A DNA stretch of 56,319 nucleotides from a virus. Lineage: Duplodnaviria; Caudoviricetes. Location of the stretch: positions 1 to 56,319 of the IMG/VR virus record IMGVR_UViG_3300032290_000174; one strand, given 5' to 3'. A model generated the notes under the pieces. That model saw only the letters and a program-made list of their open reading frames with translations. It did not search any database and was not told the origin of the DNA. Positions 19,265 through 28,842 of the stretch are shown here, piece by piece; position 1 is the first letter of the stretch, and each line of letters begins with the position of its first letter. The position numbers were made by a program, and so were the translations under genes.

Positions 19265-20830
19265 ATGGCTGAATTATTCGGTTTTGAAATAAGTCGTAAA
19301 AAGGCAAAAGAGCTACCTTCAGTGGTAGCTCCAACTGCTGATGATGGATCAACAGTAACCAGTTCGGTTAATGCTGGTGCATATTATTCTCTAGTCGTAG
19401 ACTTAGAGGGTATTGTTAAAAATGAAAACGATCTTATTCGCAGATATCGAGAAGTCGCTCAGTATCCAGATTGTGATACAGCGATCGATGACATTGTGAA
19501 TGAGGCAATTGTTGTAGAAGAAGATAGTGAAGCAGTCAAGTTAGTTACTGACGATGTAAATGTTTCAGATAATATTAAAAAGAAAATTCGCGAAGAATTT
19601 GATGAAGTATTAAATTTACTCAGATTTAGCGAAAAAGGACATGATCTTTTTAGACAGTGGTATATTGATGGAAGATTAAACTTTCATATTTTAATTGACG
19701 AAAAGAATCCAAGAAATGGTATTCAAGAGTTAAGACCAATTGATCCTCGCAAGATTCGTAGGATTAAGAATGTTAAAAAAGAGAAAAGTAATAAAGGTGT
19801 TGAGGTTGTTGTAGCCGTAGAAGAATACTACATCTACAATGACAAAGGAATTACAGAACAAACAACTCAGGGTGTTAGATTAACTCTTGACTCTGTGTTA
19901 TACTGTGGTTCTGGTATGGTTGATTTAAATACTGGTATGATGTTATCATATTTGCATAAAGCAATTAAACCAGTGAATCAATTAAAAATGATTGAGGACG
20001 CTGTAGTAATTTATCGAATCAGCCGTGCTCCTGAGCGCAGAATATTTTATGTTGATGTGGGTAATCTGCCAAAAATAAAAGCAGAGCAATATGTTAATGA
20101 TTTGATGAATCGTTATAAGAATAAAATTGTTTACGATGCAAACACTGGCGAAGTAAGAGATGATCGTAAACATTTGTCTATGCTTGAAGATTTTTGGATG
20201 CCACGAAGAGAAGGTGGTAAAGGTACAGAGATTACAACACTTCCAGGTGGTCAAAATCTTGGTGATATCCAAGATATCCAGTATTTCCAAACTAAATTAT
20301 ACCAAGCATTAAATGTACCAACAAGTAGACTACAGTCTGATACTGGATTTACTCTTGGTCGTTCGACAGAAATTAGTCGTGATGAATTAAAGTTTCAAAA
20401 ATATATTGCAAGGTTACGCAAAAAGTTTAGTGGTTTGTTTAATGATGCATTAAAGATTCAATTAATTGCCAAAGGTGTTATTAATGAAGCTGACTGGGAT
20501 CTTATCAAGAAAGATATCCGTTATGACTTTATGAAAGATAATGCTTTTGCTGAGTTAAAAGATTCAGAATTATTGACTCAAAGATTGCAAGCATTACAAA
20601 TGATTGAACCATATATTGGAAAATTTTATTCAGTTGATTGGGTTAAGAAAAATGTTCTTCGTATGTCGGAAGAACAAATTGAAGACATTGAAGACCAGAT
20701 TGAAGTTGAAGGTAATTATCAAATGTCTAATGCTCAACAACAAGGTGCTATGATGGGTATGCAACAAGTTGCCCAACAGCAAGAATTAGAAAACGCTGGG
20801 ATGGGTCAACCTGAACAGCAGAAACAATAA
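19265..20830 (+). CDS. gp20: Portal protein gp20
   Basis: WYIDGR, YRISRAPERRIFYVDVGNLPK.KAEQY, EDFWMPRREGGKGTEITTLPGGQNLG. Confidence 0.98.
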   Translation: MAELFGFEISRKKAKELPSVVAPTADDGSTVTSSVNAGAYYSLVVDLEGIVKNENDLIRRYREVAQYPDCDTAIDDIVNEAIVVEEDSEAVKLVTDDVNVSDNIKKKIREEFDEVLNLLRFSEKGHDLFRQWYIDGRLNFHILIDEKNPRNGIQELRPIDPRKIRRIKNVKKEKSNKGVEVVVAVEEYYIYNDKGITEQTTQGVRLTLDSVLYCGSGMVDLNTGMMLSYLHKAIKPVNQLKMIEDAVVIYRISRAPERRIFYVDVGNLPKIKAEQYVNDLMNRYKNKIVYDANTGEVRDDRKHLSMLEDFWMPRREGGKGTEITTLPGGQNLGDIQDIQYFQTKLYQALNVPTSRLQSDTGFTLGRSTEISRDELKFQKYIARLRKKFSGLFNDALKIQLIAKGVINEADWDLIKKDIRYDFMKDNAFAELKDSELLTQRLQALQMIEPYIGKFYSVDWVKKNVLRMSEEQIEDIEDQIEVEGNYQMSNAQQQGAMMGMQQVAQQQELENAGMGQPEQQKQ

Positions 20831-20843
20831 CTAGGAGATATAA

Positions 20844-21077
20844 ATGAGTACTCGTGATTTGATTGACGCAATTGAAACTGGTGAAACTACAAAGATTGAA
20901 GCCAGCTTTAATGACATTATGGTTGCTAAAGTTTCTGAAAGATTAGATGCTATGCGCAACGATATGTCCCAAAATATGTTTAGAGCTCCAGAAGCTGTAG
21001 AAGAAATTTCTGACGAACAAGTATCTGATGAAGTAGAAACTCAAACAGAAGAAGAAACTGCTGAAGAGAATGAGTAA
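20844..21077 (+). CDS. gp67: Prohead core protein, gp67-like
   Basis: Small, very acidic protein immediately after the portal gene (T4 synteny). Confidence 0.6.
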   Translation: MSTRDLIDAIETGETTKIEASFNDIMVAKVSERLDAMRNDMSQNMFRAPEAVEEISDEQVSDEVETQTEEETAEENE

Positions 21078-21612
21078 ATCGTTTTCATCATTTAAACGGC
21101 AAGTCCTAGAGCAATCGGGACTTGCGCAAACACTTTTAATTTATGGCGAAGATGTAAAAATTACAGCAGAGAATGAAGTGTTTGTAAATAATCATTATGT
21201 AAAAACTTTGAACACATTAGAAGAGGCAAGAGAATACGCTAAAAAATATATTGAAGATACTAAACTATTAGAAAATATTGATAATACGATCCCAGAAGAA
21301 AAGGTTGCACAATATATAAGACACTATCATAATATCGATAAGATTACAGATACTCTTGTAGAATCATACATAGAACTTGCCTCTTCTAATATGTTTACAG
21401 TTGATCCAGTAGTTACTGCGATTAAAGAATCCAAAACAGCAGAGTTTGCTGGAAAACTACAGTACGAATTAAACGATGGTTCTGTAGTTGCAATAGATGA
21501 AGATACTCAATTAATGCTAAATAATATATTAGCAGATAAAAATGAAATTGTTGAATATATGCGCGAAAGCAAAAACAACTTCATTAGAATTATAAAAGAT
21601 CTCGGAGAATAA
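21070..21612 (+). CDS. Probable prohead core protein (gp68 position)
   Basis: Lies between the gp67-like gene and gp21; overlapping start; MSKSFSSF-type leader. Confidence 0.5.
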   Translation: MSKSFSSFKRQVLEQSGLAQTLLIYGEDVKITAENEVFVNNHYVKTLNTLEEAREYAKKYIEDTKLLENIDNTIPEEKVAQYIRHYHNIDKITDTLVESYIELASSNMFTVDPVVTAIKESKTAEFAGKLQYELNDGSVVAIDEDTQLMLNNILADKNEIVEYMRESKNNFIRIIKDLGE

Positions 21613-21613
21613 G

Positions 21614-22075
21614 ATGCCTGTTACAAAGACTATATTAAAGTGCACCAATAACGAAACAGTTGTTAAGGTTGCTGGAACTGCTGCAACAGCTACTATTGAT
21701 TTACAAACTGATTGTGTAGCTACTACTGATGAAGTAGCTGGTGCAACTCAAACAGTAAATATCGCTCAGTTACAATATACTGGGTTGCCTTCTTCAACGA
21801 TTACTGTTACTAGAAATTCAGTTAATATCTTTACTATTGGTGCTGAGGGTGAAGGAACTATCGACCTCGGAACAGGCAATGGTATAGCTGACACAATTCA
21901 AAACACTCAAGATATTAGTGTTGCAATCGCTGGTGCTGAAGCCCAGTGTTATTTGGTTCTCCGTAAGATTAGTGGATATGCTTCTAAAGTTGAAAACTCT
22001 ACTTATGGTGCTTACGACGATCCAACTCGTGTTGGTGCTTCGACTACTATGTCGGGTTCTCCAGATAAGGTATAA
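21614..22075 (+). CDS. Hypothetical virion/head-associated protein
   Basis: Intact ORF with GGAG RBS inside the head operon; beta-rich composition. Confidence 0.6.
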   Translation: MPVTKTILKCTNNETVVKVAGTAATATIDLQTDCVATTDEVAGATQTVNIAQLQYTGLPSSTITVTRNSVNIFTIGAEGEGTIDLGTGNGIADTIQNTQDISVAIAGAEAQCYLVLRKISGYASKVENSTYGAYDDPTRVGASTTMSGSPDKV

Positions 22076-22079
22076 AACT

Positions 22080-22733
22080 ATGAAACTTATTAGAGAAGTA
22101 TTAGAAACTACAAACTGTGTCATCGAAGAAAAAGTCGGTGGCAAAAAGAATTATTTTATTGAAGGCATTTTCCTTCAGTCAGAAATTACAAATCGTAACA
22201 ACCGCATGTACAAAGAAGGTATAATGGACAAAGAAGTCGGTCGTTACATGAAGGAATATGTAGAAAAGAATCGTGCCTACGGCGAACTTGGTCATCCAGA
22301 AACACCATCTATTAACTTAGATCGTGTATCCCATTTGATTGTTGATCTCCGTAAAGAAGGCAAAAATTATGTAGGTAAAGCCAAAATCCTAGAAACTCCA
22401 ATGGGTATGATCGCTAGAGGTCTACTTGATGGTGGTGCTAATCTTGGTGTGTCTAGCCGAGCAATGGGTTCACTCCGCACTAATAATGAGGGTGTTCAAA
22501 TTGTTCAGGACGACTTTATGTTATCTACGGCAGCAGATATTGTTGCCGACCCATCAGCTCCAGATGCATTCGTAAGAGGTATCATGGAAGGCAAAGAATG
22601 GGTATTTGTTGATGGAAAGTTTGTGGAAAAAAATATCGAGGAAGCAAAATATGCTATTAAGAGAGCTTCTTCTAGTCAGTTAGAGGAAGCAAAGATTCTC
22701 GCTTTCCAGAGTTTTCTGAGTAAAATCAGATAA
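22080..22733 (+). CDS. gp21: Prohead protease gp21
   Basis: Start re-assigned to MKLIRE (ATG 22080). YFIEGIFLQ, NRNNRMY, GELGHP, GVSSRAMGS, DIVADPSAPDAFV. Confidence 0.95.
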   Translation: MKLIREVLETTNCVIEEKVGGKKNYFIEGIFLQSEITNRNNRMYKEGIMDKEVGRYMKEYVEKNRAYGELGHPETPSINLDRVSHLIVDLRKEGKNYVGKAKILETPMGMIARGLLDGGANLGVSSRAMGSLRTNNEGVQIVQDDFMLSTAADIVADPSAPDAFVRGIMEGKEWVFVDGKFVEKNIEEAKYAIKRASSSQLEEAKILAFQSFLSKIR

Positions 22734-22775
22734 ATAATAAATAAATACATAGAACTATCCAGTTAGGAGATAACG

Positions 22776-23801
22776 ATGTCAATCGAACAAAAAATCGCTG
22801 AAATGTTAGCAGAGTCAAAGGCAAAAACTGCCTTGATTTCTGAAGAAGTTTCTGAGGAAACCTTAGAAGAAGGCAATGTAGTTACAGCAAACGCTTCGGC
22901 TCAAGAGCCAAGCAATATCGCTGCGATTGCTAAGTCTGACGGAGTCACCAGTGTTGAAGGTGATGAAGAGAACAATGCTAAAAACGCCACTCAAAAGCAA
23001 GATGCTGCACAAGTTGCTAAGAAGTCTAGCAATGTAGCCAATGCTAAAGCGACTGCTCCAGAAGCAAGTCACATTGCTGGTGTTAAAGAAGACATTGATG
23101 CTTTGATGAATGGAGAAGAACTCTCTGAAGATTTCAAAGCAAAAGCAACTACAATTTTCGAAGCAGCAGTTATGACTCGTGTAAAAGCGGAAACTGCTCG
23201 TTTGGAAGAAGCGTATGAATCAAAACTTCTTGAAGAAGTTGAGAGCATTAAAGAGGGTCTTGTTGAAAAAGTTGATGGATATCTCGGCTATATTGTCGAG
23301 CAGTGGGTGCAAGAGAATGAGTTAGCCCTTGAATCTGGTATGAAGTCTGAAATCATGGAGTCTTTCATTGAAGGTATGAAGTCTTTGTTTGCTGAACACT
23401 ATATTGAAGTTCCAGAAGAGAAGTTCGATGTGTTAGGCGATTTACAAGAGACTGTAGAAGCCCTCGAAGCAAAACTTGATGAGCAAGTAGAAAAGAATAT
23501 TGAATTAACCAAAGCAATTAATGAGCAAAAGCGTGAAGATGCAATTACTCAAACTGCTTCTGGTTTAACAGATACTGACTCTGAGAAATTCAAAGCATTA
23601 GCTGAAGAATTATCATACGAAGATTCTGAAACATTCGCTACTAAGTTACAGACAATTCGTGAGAATTATTTTGGTGGTAAAAAGCAAGTAACTGAAGTTA
23701 AATCAGTTGTTAGCGATACACCTATTGAAACTCTAACCGAGACTGCACCTGTAGATCCTTCTGTTAAGAAGTATCTTTCTGCACTCGACAAACTCAAATA
23801 A
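22776..23801 (+). CDS. gp22: Prohead scaffold protein gp22
   Basis: Acidic coiled coil with LSEDFKAKATTIFEAAV and EKVDGYLGY; tandem TAAATA late boxes at about 22731-22747. Confidence 0.93.
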   Translation: MSIEQKIAEMLAESKAKTALISEEVSEETLEEGNVVTANASAQEPSNIAAIAKSDGVTSVEGDEENNAKNATQKQDAAQVAKKSSNVANAKATAPEASHIAGVKEDIDALMNGEELSEDFKAKATTIFEAAVMTRVKAETARLEEAYESKLLEEVESIKEGLVEKVDGYLGYIVEQWVQENELALESGMKSEIMESFIEGMKSLFAEHYIEVPEEKFDVLGDLQETVEALEAKLDEQVEKNIELTKAINEQKREDAITQTASGLTDTDSEKFKALAEELSYEDSETFATKLQTIRENYFGGKKQVTEVKSVVSDTPIETLTETAPVDPSVKKYLSALDKLK

Positions 23802-23818
23802 ACAAAAAGGAATAAAAC

Positions 23819-25087
23819 ATGTCTAATTTAGACCGCCAAGCCCTTATTAAGAAATGGGCACCGATCCTTGAGCATGATGCATTGCCATCAATCAAGGACA
23901 ACTACCGTAAGGAAGTTACTGCTGTTCTTTTGGAGAACCAAGAACGCGAATCAATGAAGTCCCAAGAGGCTTTGTTTGAAACTCACGCCAACGCTGCAGG
24001 TGCTATGCCTGACACTGGTGCTGTTGCTAAGTTTGATCCAGTATTGATCAGCTTGGTTCGTCGTGCTGCTCCACAAATGATCGCTTATGACATCTGCGGT
24101 GTACAACCAATGACTCAACCAACTGGCTTGATCTTCGCTATGAAGTCACGCTATGCTACTCAAGGTGGTACTGAGGCTTTATTCAACGAAGCTGATACAG
24201 ACTTCGCTGGTGCTTCTTCTCCTGCTCACGCTGGTAGCAATCCAGTTGATGGCACTTACACTACTGGTGTTGGCCAAACTACTACTGATGCTGAAGCTGG
24301 TACACGCTTTAACGAAATGGCTTTCTCAATCGAGAAGACTTCTGTTACTGCTAAGACTCGTCAATTAAAAGCAGAATACACTGTTGAATTGGCACAAGAC
24401 TTGAAGTCTGTTCATGGTCTTGACGCTGAAGGCGAATTGAGCAACATTCTCTCTACTGAGATTCTCGCTGAAATCAATCGCGAAGTTCTCCGTACTATCT
24501 ACACTACTGCTAAAGCTGGTGCACAAATCGGTACTACTACTGCTGGTACTTTCGACTTGGATACTGACTCTAATGGTCGTTGGTCTGTTGAGAAGTTCAA
24601 AGGCTTGTTGTTCCAAATCGAGCGTGATGCTAATGCGATTGCTCAACAAACTCGTCGTGGTAAAGGTAACTTTATCATCTGTTCTTCAGATGTAGCTTCT
24701 GCTTTGGCAATGGCTGGTGTTCTTGACTATGCTCCTGCATTGTCTACCAACTTAAATGTTGACGAAGCATCTACTACTTTTGCTGGTGTATTGAATGGTC
24801 GTTATAAAGTTTATGTTGACCCATTCTCTGCTAACCAATCAGCTTCACAGTTCTTTACTGTTGGCTACAAAGGTACTTCTGCTTTTGATGCTGGTTTGTT
24901 CTATTGCCCATACGTACCACTCCAGTTGGTTCGTGCTGTAGACCCATCTACATTCCAACCAAAGATTGGCTTTAAGACTCGTTATGGTATGGTTGCTAAC
25001 CCATTCGTTTCATTGGATGGCACAGGTGGCTTGACTGCTAATGAGAACTACTACTACCGTCGTGTTAAAGTTACTAACTTGATGTAA
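23819..25087 (+). CDS. gp23: Major capsid protein gp23
   Basis: KWAPIL, LLENQ, GVQPM..PTGLIFAM, ELAQDLKSVHGLDAE.EL, YCPYVPL, QPKIGFKTRYG. Confidence 0.98.
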   Translation: MSNLDRQALIKKWAPILEHDALPSIKDNYRKEVTAVLLENQERESMKSQEALFETHANAAGAMPDTGAVAKFDPVLISLVRRAAPQMIAYDICGVQPMTQPTGLIFAMKSRYATQGGTEALFNEADTDFAGASSPAHAGSNPVDGTYTTGVGQTTTDAEAGTRFNEMAFSIEKTSVTAKTRQLKAEYTVELAQDLKSVHGLDAEGELSNILSTEILAEINREVLRTIYTTAKAGAQIGTTTAGTFDLDTDSNGRWSVEKFKGLLFQIERDANAIAQQTRRGKGNFIICSSDVASALAMAGVLDYAPALSTNLNVDEASTTFAGVLNGRYKVYVDPFSANQSASQFFTVGYKGTSAFDAGLFYCPYVPLQLVRAVDPSTFQPKIGFKTRYGMVANPFVSLDGTGGLTANENYYYRRVKVTNLM

Positions 25088-25120
25088 TAGTTAGAAACCT
25101 ACGTAAGATAGGTAATTTAA

Positions 25121-25149
25121 AGAGGGGTCTTCGGATCCCTCTTTTTTTC
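25121..25149 (+). terminator. Rho-independent terminator with UUCG tetraloop
   Basis: AGAGGGGTC-TTCG-GATCCCTCT followed by a T run, directly after gp23. Confidence 0.9.
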
Positions 25150-25150
25150 T

Positions 25151-25158
25151 TATAAATA
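25151..25158 (+). promoter_or_regulatory. T4 late promoter TATAAATA
   Basis: Exact consensus, immediately upstream of gp3. Confidence 0.8.
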
Positions 25159-25163
25159 ACTAT

Positions 25164-25697
25164 ATGGCTCAAATACTCGCATGTCCCGTACCATCAAATC
25201 TTAATCCATTATCTCCTAATGGGTTCAAGTTCAACATCGAAAAATTAGGTGAGGTAGAATACTTCTGTCAAGAAGTTAATATACCAGGAATAACTATTGG
25301 GGATCCAGTTTTGGCTAACCCATTCCGTGCTATTCCTCTTCCTGGAGATCACTTAACTTATGATACTTTAAATATTAAATTCTTAATCGATGCAAATATG
25401 GAAAACTATATTGCTATTCATAATTGGATAGTGGCACTAGGATTCCCTGAAGACTATAATCAATACATTGATTACATAAACACAAATCAATTTGGTGTGT
25501 TGAGCGAACTTGCAAAAAGTTATTCTGATGCTACTTTGCAAATATTATCTGGTGCCAATACACCAGTCAAAACATTAAACTTTAGAGATCTTGTTCCAAG
25601 AAGTATTGGTTCACTTACTTTCCAATCAACAAACCAAGATGTTCTGTATCTCGTTGGTGATGCAACATTTAGTTTCTCTTACTACACCTTTGCATAA
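25164..25697 (+). CDS. gp3: Tail completion/tube terminator gp3
   Basis: NPLSPNGFKF, FCQEVNIPG, PGDHLTYDTL.IKFLID.NMENY. Confidence 0.85.
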   Translation: MAQILACPVPSNLNPLSPNGFKFNIEKLGEVEYFCQEVNIPGITIGDPVLANPFRAIPLPGDHLTYDTLNIKFLIDANMENYIAIHNWIVALGFPEDYNQYIDYINTNQFGVLSELAKSYSDATLQILSGANTPVKTLNFRDLVPRSIGSLTFQSTNQDVLYLVGDATFSFSYYTFA

Positions 25698-25701
25698 AAA
25701 C

Positions 25702-25730
25702 TTGCTATAAATTTGATTTTAGTGTATAAT
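25702..25730 (+). promoter_or_regulatory. Sigma70-type promoter for uvsY-uvsW
   Basis: TTGCTA-17 bp-TATAAT with an extended -10 TG nearby. Confidence 0.75.
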
Positions 25731-25753
25731 TATAGTATACACTTGGGGATATT

Positions 25754-26191
25754 ATGACACTTGAAGAACTACAAAATGCTTGGGCTGATGATTGCATCAT
25801 TGATGATAACCATCTTGATCGCGAATCTGTCAATACAGCAAAACTCCACTCAAAATATTTGAATCATCTAATCGCCTATAAACTTAAATTGGCAAAGATG
25901 AAGTCAGATTACAACACACTCAGACAACAAAAGTTTCGTTACTATCGTGGCGAACTTACTAGAGAAGAACTATCTTTATTAGGTTGGGAACAGTGGCAAG
26001 GAATCAAACCACTTAAGAATGAGATGGATGAATTTCTCTCTGGAGATAGCGATCTAAATAAATTAGAAATTAAAGCAAACTATATTCAAAACATTGTTGA
26101 CTTTCTGGAATCCGTGATGAACCAGATTAAAGCAAGAGATTGGCAAATCCGCAACTCCATTGAATGGAAAAAGTTTATTAGTGGCGCATGA
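25754..26191 (+). CDS. uvsY: Recombination mediator UvsY
   Basis: LHSKYL, YYRGE and C-terminal IKARDWQIRNSIEWKKF; precedes uvsW. Confidence 0.9.
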   Translation: MTLEELQNAWADDCIIDDNHLDRESVNTAKLHSKYLNHLIAYKLKLAKMKSDYNTLRQQKFRYYRGELTREELSLLGWEQWQGIKPLKNEMDEFLSGDSDLNKLEIKANYIQNIVDFLESVMNQIKARDWQIRNSIEWKKFISGA

Positions 26192-27672
26192 AAATAACAG
26201 TTGAAAAATTAGACGAAGTTCATGTTAGAGTTTTCTCTAACGATCCGTCAGTAGAGCAAGAACTATCAGACTTCTTTACCTTTGAGTATCCAGGTGCTAG
26301 GTTTACACCTCAGTATCGAGCAAGGTTGTGGGATGGTAAGGTTCGTATGTATGATCAGTTACGTAAGACTTTATATGTTGGTCTTATGAATTATGTGATT
26401 GATTTTTGCGAACGAAATGAATATGATTTATTAATGCCGAACGATTTAATGACTCGTTCAGGTGTTACATCAAATGAAGTGTTTGAGTTTGCCAAATGGT
26501 TAAATCCTCATGGTCATGGTAAACCAATTGAGATTCGTGACTATCAAATTGAAGCAGTTACTGAAGCATTAGATCGCAACAGAATTTTACTTCTATCCCC
26601 TACCGCATCAGGTAAATCCTTTATCATATATACAACCATGCGATGGCATCTAGAAAACAATCGCAAGTGTATTATTATTGTTCCAACAACATCTTTAGTC
26701 GAGCAACTATACGCTGACTTTGAAGATTATTCTTCTGCTAATGGTTGGAAAACAAATCGTCATGTACAAAAATTATACAGTGGGTTCACTAAAGATATCT
26801 CTGCCGATGTGTTAATTACAACATGGCAGTCTGTGTACAAACAACCGAAACAATGGTTCTCTCAGTTTGATGTAATTTTCGGAGACGAAGCCCACCAGTT
26901 TAAAGCCAATTCTCTTACAACTGTTATGGGTAAATTGACTCATGTTAAATATAGGATTGGAACAACAGGAACACTGGATAACAAGAAAATACATAAATTA
27001 GTTCTTGAAGGAATCTTCGGTCCAACCCATAGAGTTACAACAACTAAAGAGTTAATGGATGCTGGGACGCTCGCCAAACTAAATATTACATGTATACTAT
27101 TAAAATATGATGATATAACTCGTCAGGGTAGAAAGAATAATCAATACGCTGATGAGATGGATTTTATTGTTACTCATGAGAAGCGTAATAACTTTATTTG
27201 CAACCTTGCATTAAGATCTGAGGGTAATACCTTAGTTCTTTTCCAGTTTGTTAATAAACATGGAAAAGGTTTATTTGAAATGATCAAAGATAAAGCACAT
27301 GACAAAAGAAAAATATTTTTTGTATCAGGTGCTACGGAGGTGGAAGATAGAGAAGCCATTAGAAAGATTACAGAAACTGAGAGCGATGCTATTATTGTTG
27401 CTAGTTTTGGTACATTCTCCACTGGCATCAACATACCGTCTCTCGAGAATGTCATTTTTGCATCGCCAAGTAAATCCAAGATTCGTAACCTGCAAAGTAT
27501 TGGTCGCGGATTAAGATTAAAGAATGGTAAAACTGAGTGTAACTTATACGATTTAGCGGATGATTTAAGTTGGAAGTCTTGGAAGAATCATACTCTCCAT
27601 CACTTTGCTGAAAGACTAAAAACTTATTCTGAAGAAAAATTTAACTACAAAATCGTTGAGGTAAAACTATGA
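26188..27672 (+). CDS. uvsW: SF2 DNA/RNA helicase UvsW
   Basis: WDGKVR, RDYQ, SPTASGKS, DEAH, TGT, STGINI, LQSIGRGLR. Confidence 0.96.
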   Translation: MKITVEKLDEVHVRVFSNDPSVEQELSDFFTFEYPGARFTPQYRARLWDGKVRMYDQLRKTLYVGLMNYVIDFCERNEYDLLMPNDLMTRSGVTSNEVFEFAKWLNPHGHGKPIEIRDYQIEAVTEALDRNRILLLSPTASGKSFIIYTTMRWHLENNRKCIIIVPTTSLVEQLYADFEDYSSANGWKTNRHVQKLYSGFTKDISADVLITTWQSVYKQPKQWFSQFDVIFGDEAHQFKANSLTTVMGKLTHVKYRIGTTGTLDNKKIHKLVLEGIFGPTHRVTTTKELMDAGTLAKLNITCILLKYDDITRQGRKNNQYADEMDFIVTHEKRNNFICNLALRSEGNTLVLFQFVNKHGKGLFEMIKDKAHDKRKIFFVSGATEVEDREAIRKITETESDAIIVASFGTFSTGINIPSLENVIFASPSKSKIRNLQSIGRGLRLKNGKTECNLYDLADDLSWKSWKNHTLHHFAERLKTYSEEKFNYKIVEVKL

Positions 27673-28133
27673 ACGAACAGTATGTTTACTTAAAATTAGT
27701 TAATGGCGAACAGATTATGGCAGTAAAAGAATCAGAAGATTCTGAGTTTATAACATTAAAATTTCCAATGTTAATCAAAACCCATCTTGTTGCTGCGCAA
27801 GCTGATAGAGTTTCAGAACAAGTTACAGCTGGACCATATTCTTTGTTCGCTGACAATACAAATATTCACATTAATAAAAAACATATTATTCTTGATACTG
27901 CTTTAGCAGAAAGAGCCATACCACATTATATTCATTTGGTAAGAGACCATGAGGGTGTTCGTTTAGATTATACGCCACCTCAATTACAATGGGAAGATGA
28001 ACAACCTGCGGATGCTCCAGATTCTATTGACATTAAAGAAGTTTTGAATGCTTTGAAATCGATAGCGAATATCGAAGAGGAAGTAGAAACAGAGGATAAA
28101 ACCTTTGTTGAAGGTAATAATACATTACATTAG
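27669..28133 (+). CDS. Conserved T4-like hypothetical protein (Sm-like N-terminus)
   Basis: LKLVNGEQIMA start typical of small Sm-fold proteins in T4-like phages; overlaps the uvsW stop. Confidence 0.6.
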   Translation: MNEQYVYLKLVNGEQIMAVKESEDSEFITLKFPMLIKTHLVAAQADRVSEQVTAGPYSLFADNTNIHINKKHIILDTALAERAIPHYIHLVRDHEGVRLDYTPPQLQWEDEQPADAPDSIDIKEVLNALKSIANIEEEVETEDKTFVEGNNTLH

Positions 28134-28162
28134 TTATTACTTTCTTCAAACCCTACATCGAG

Positions 28163-28191
28163 AGTATACTCCGTGTCAAATAAAAAAGCAA
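28163..28191 (-). promoter_or_regulatory. Antisense sigma70-type promoter pointing into ORF 27669 and uvsW
   Basis: The minus strand reads TTGCTT-17 bp-TATACT, the same hexamer types used by the sense promoters. Confidence 0.6.
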
Positions 28192-28217
28192 ATTTTATGC
28201 AACAATGAATGAATTAT

Positions 28218-28246
28218 TTGCTATTGTATATGTATTAAGGTATACT
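28218..28246 (+). promoter_or_regulatory. Sigma70-type promoter for gp55-47-46
   Basis: TTGCTA-17 bp-TATACT. Confidence 0.7.
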
Positions 28247-28281
28247 AATAGTAATAAAACTAATTATGGAGATTTTATTAT

Positions 28282-28842
28282 ATGGCAACTAAAGCCAAAG
28301 GAGCCCACTATGTCAATAACGCTGATTTTCTAGTGGCAATGAAAGAGTATCGAATCAAGGTACTTGCTGCAAAAGAATTAGGATTGACAAAGAAAGACAC
28401 GGGATACCCACAAGTTACTCCATATATTGGTGATTGCTTGATGAAAATTGGAACCCACCTGTCATACAAAGCGAACTTTATTAATTATAGTTATAGAGAA
28501 GACATGATTCTTGACGGAATACAAAATTGTCTTCAATACATCGATAACTTTGATCCAGAGAAATCCTCAAACCCCTTCGCTTATTTCACACAAATTATTT
28601 ACTATGCATTCCTTCGTAGGATTGCCGAAGAGAAGAAACAAACTTATATTAAAGGTAAGTTGATTCAGGATATGCCTTTTGAAGCATTCGAGTTACAAGA
28701 ACAGGATGAGTCGGGAGAGTTTCATAATGCATATGTTGATTTTATGCAACAGAACCATACCTTTGATGACTTTATTGAACGCAAAAAAGAAAAGAAAAAG
28801 AAAAAGCAACAAGCATCTTTAGACGATTTCACTGGAGAGTAA
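28282..28842 (+). CDS. gp55: Late sigma factor gp55
   Basis: HYVNNADF, NFINYSYREDMI.DG, NFDPEKSSNPFAYFTQIIYYAFLRRI..EKKQ; C-terminal SLDDF clamp-type tail. Confidence 0.96.
   Translation: MATKAKGAHYVNNADFLVAMKEYRIKVLAAKELGLTKKDTGYPQVTPYIGDCLMKIGTHLSYKANFINYSYREDMILDGIQNCLQYIDNFDPEKSSNPFAYFTQIIYYAFLRRIAEEKKQTYIKGKLIQDMPFEAFELQEQDESGEFHNAYVDFMQQNHTFDDFIERKKEKKKKKQQASLDDFTGE

Noticed and set aside
21918-22079. N-terminal extension of gp21 in the ORF track
   Set aside because: Overlaps ORF 21614; the conserved gp21 start is MKLIRE at 22080.
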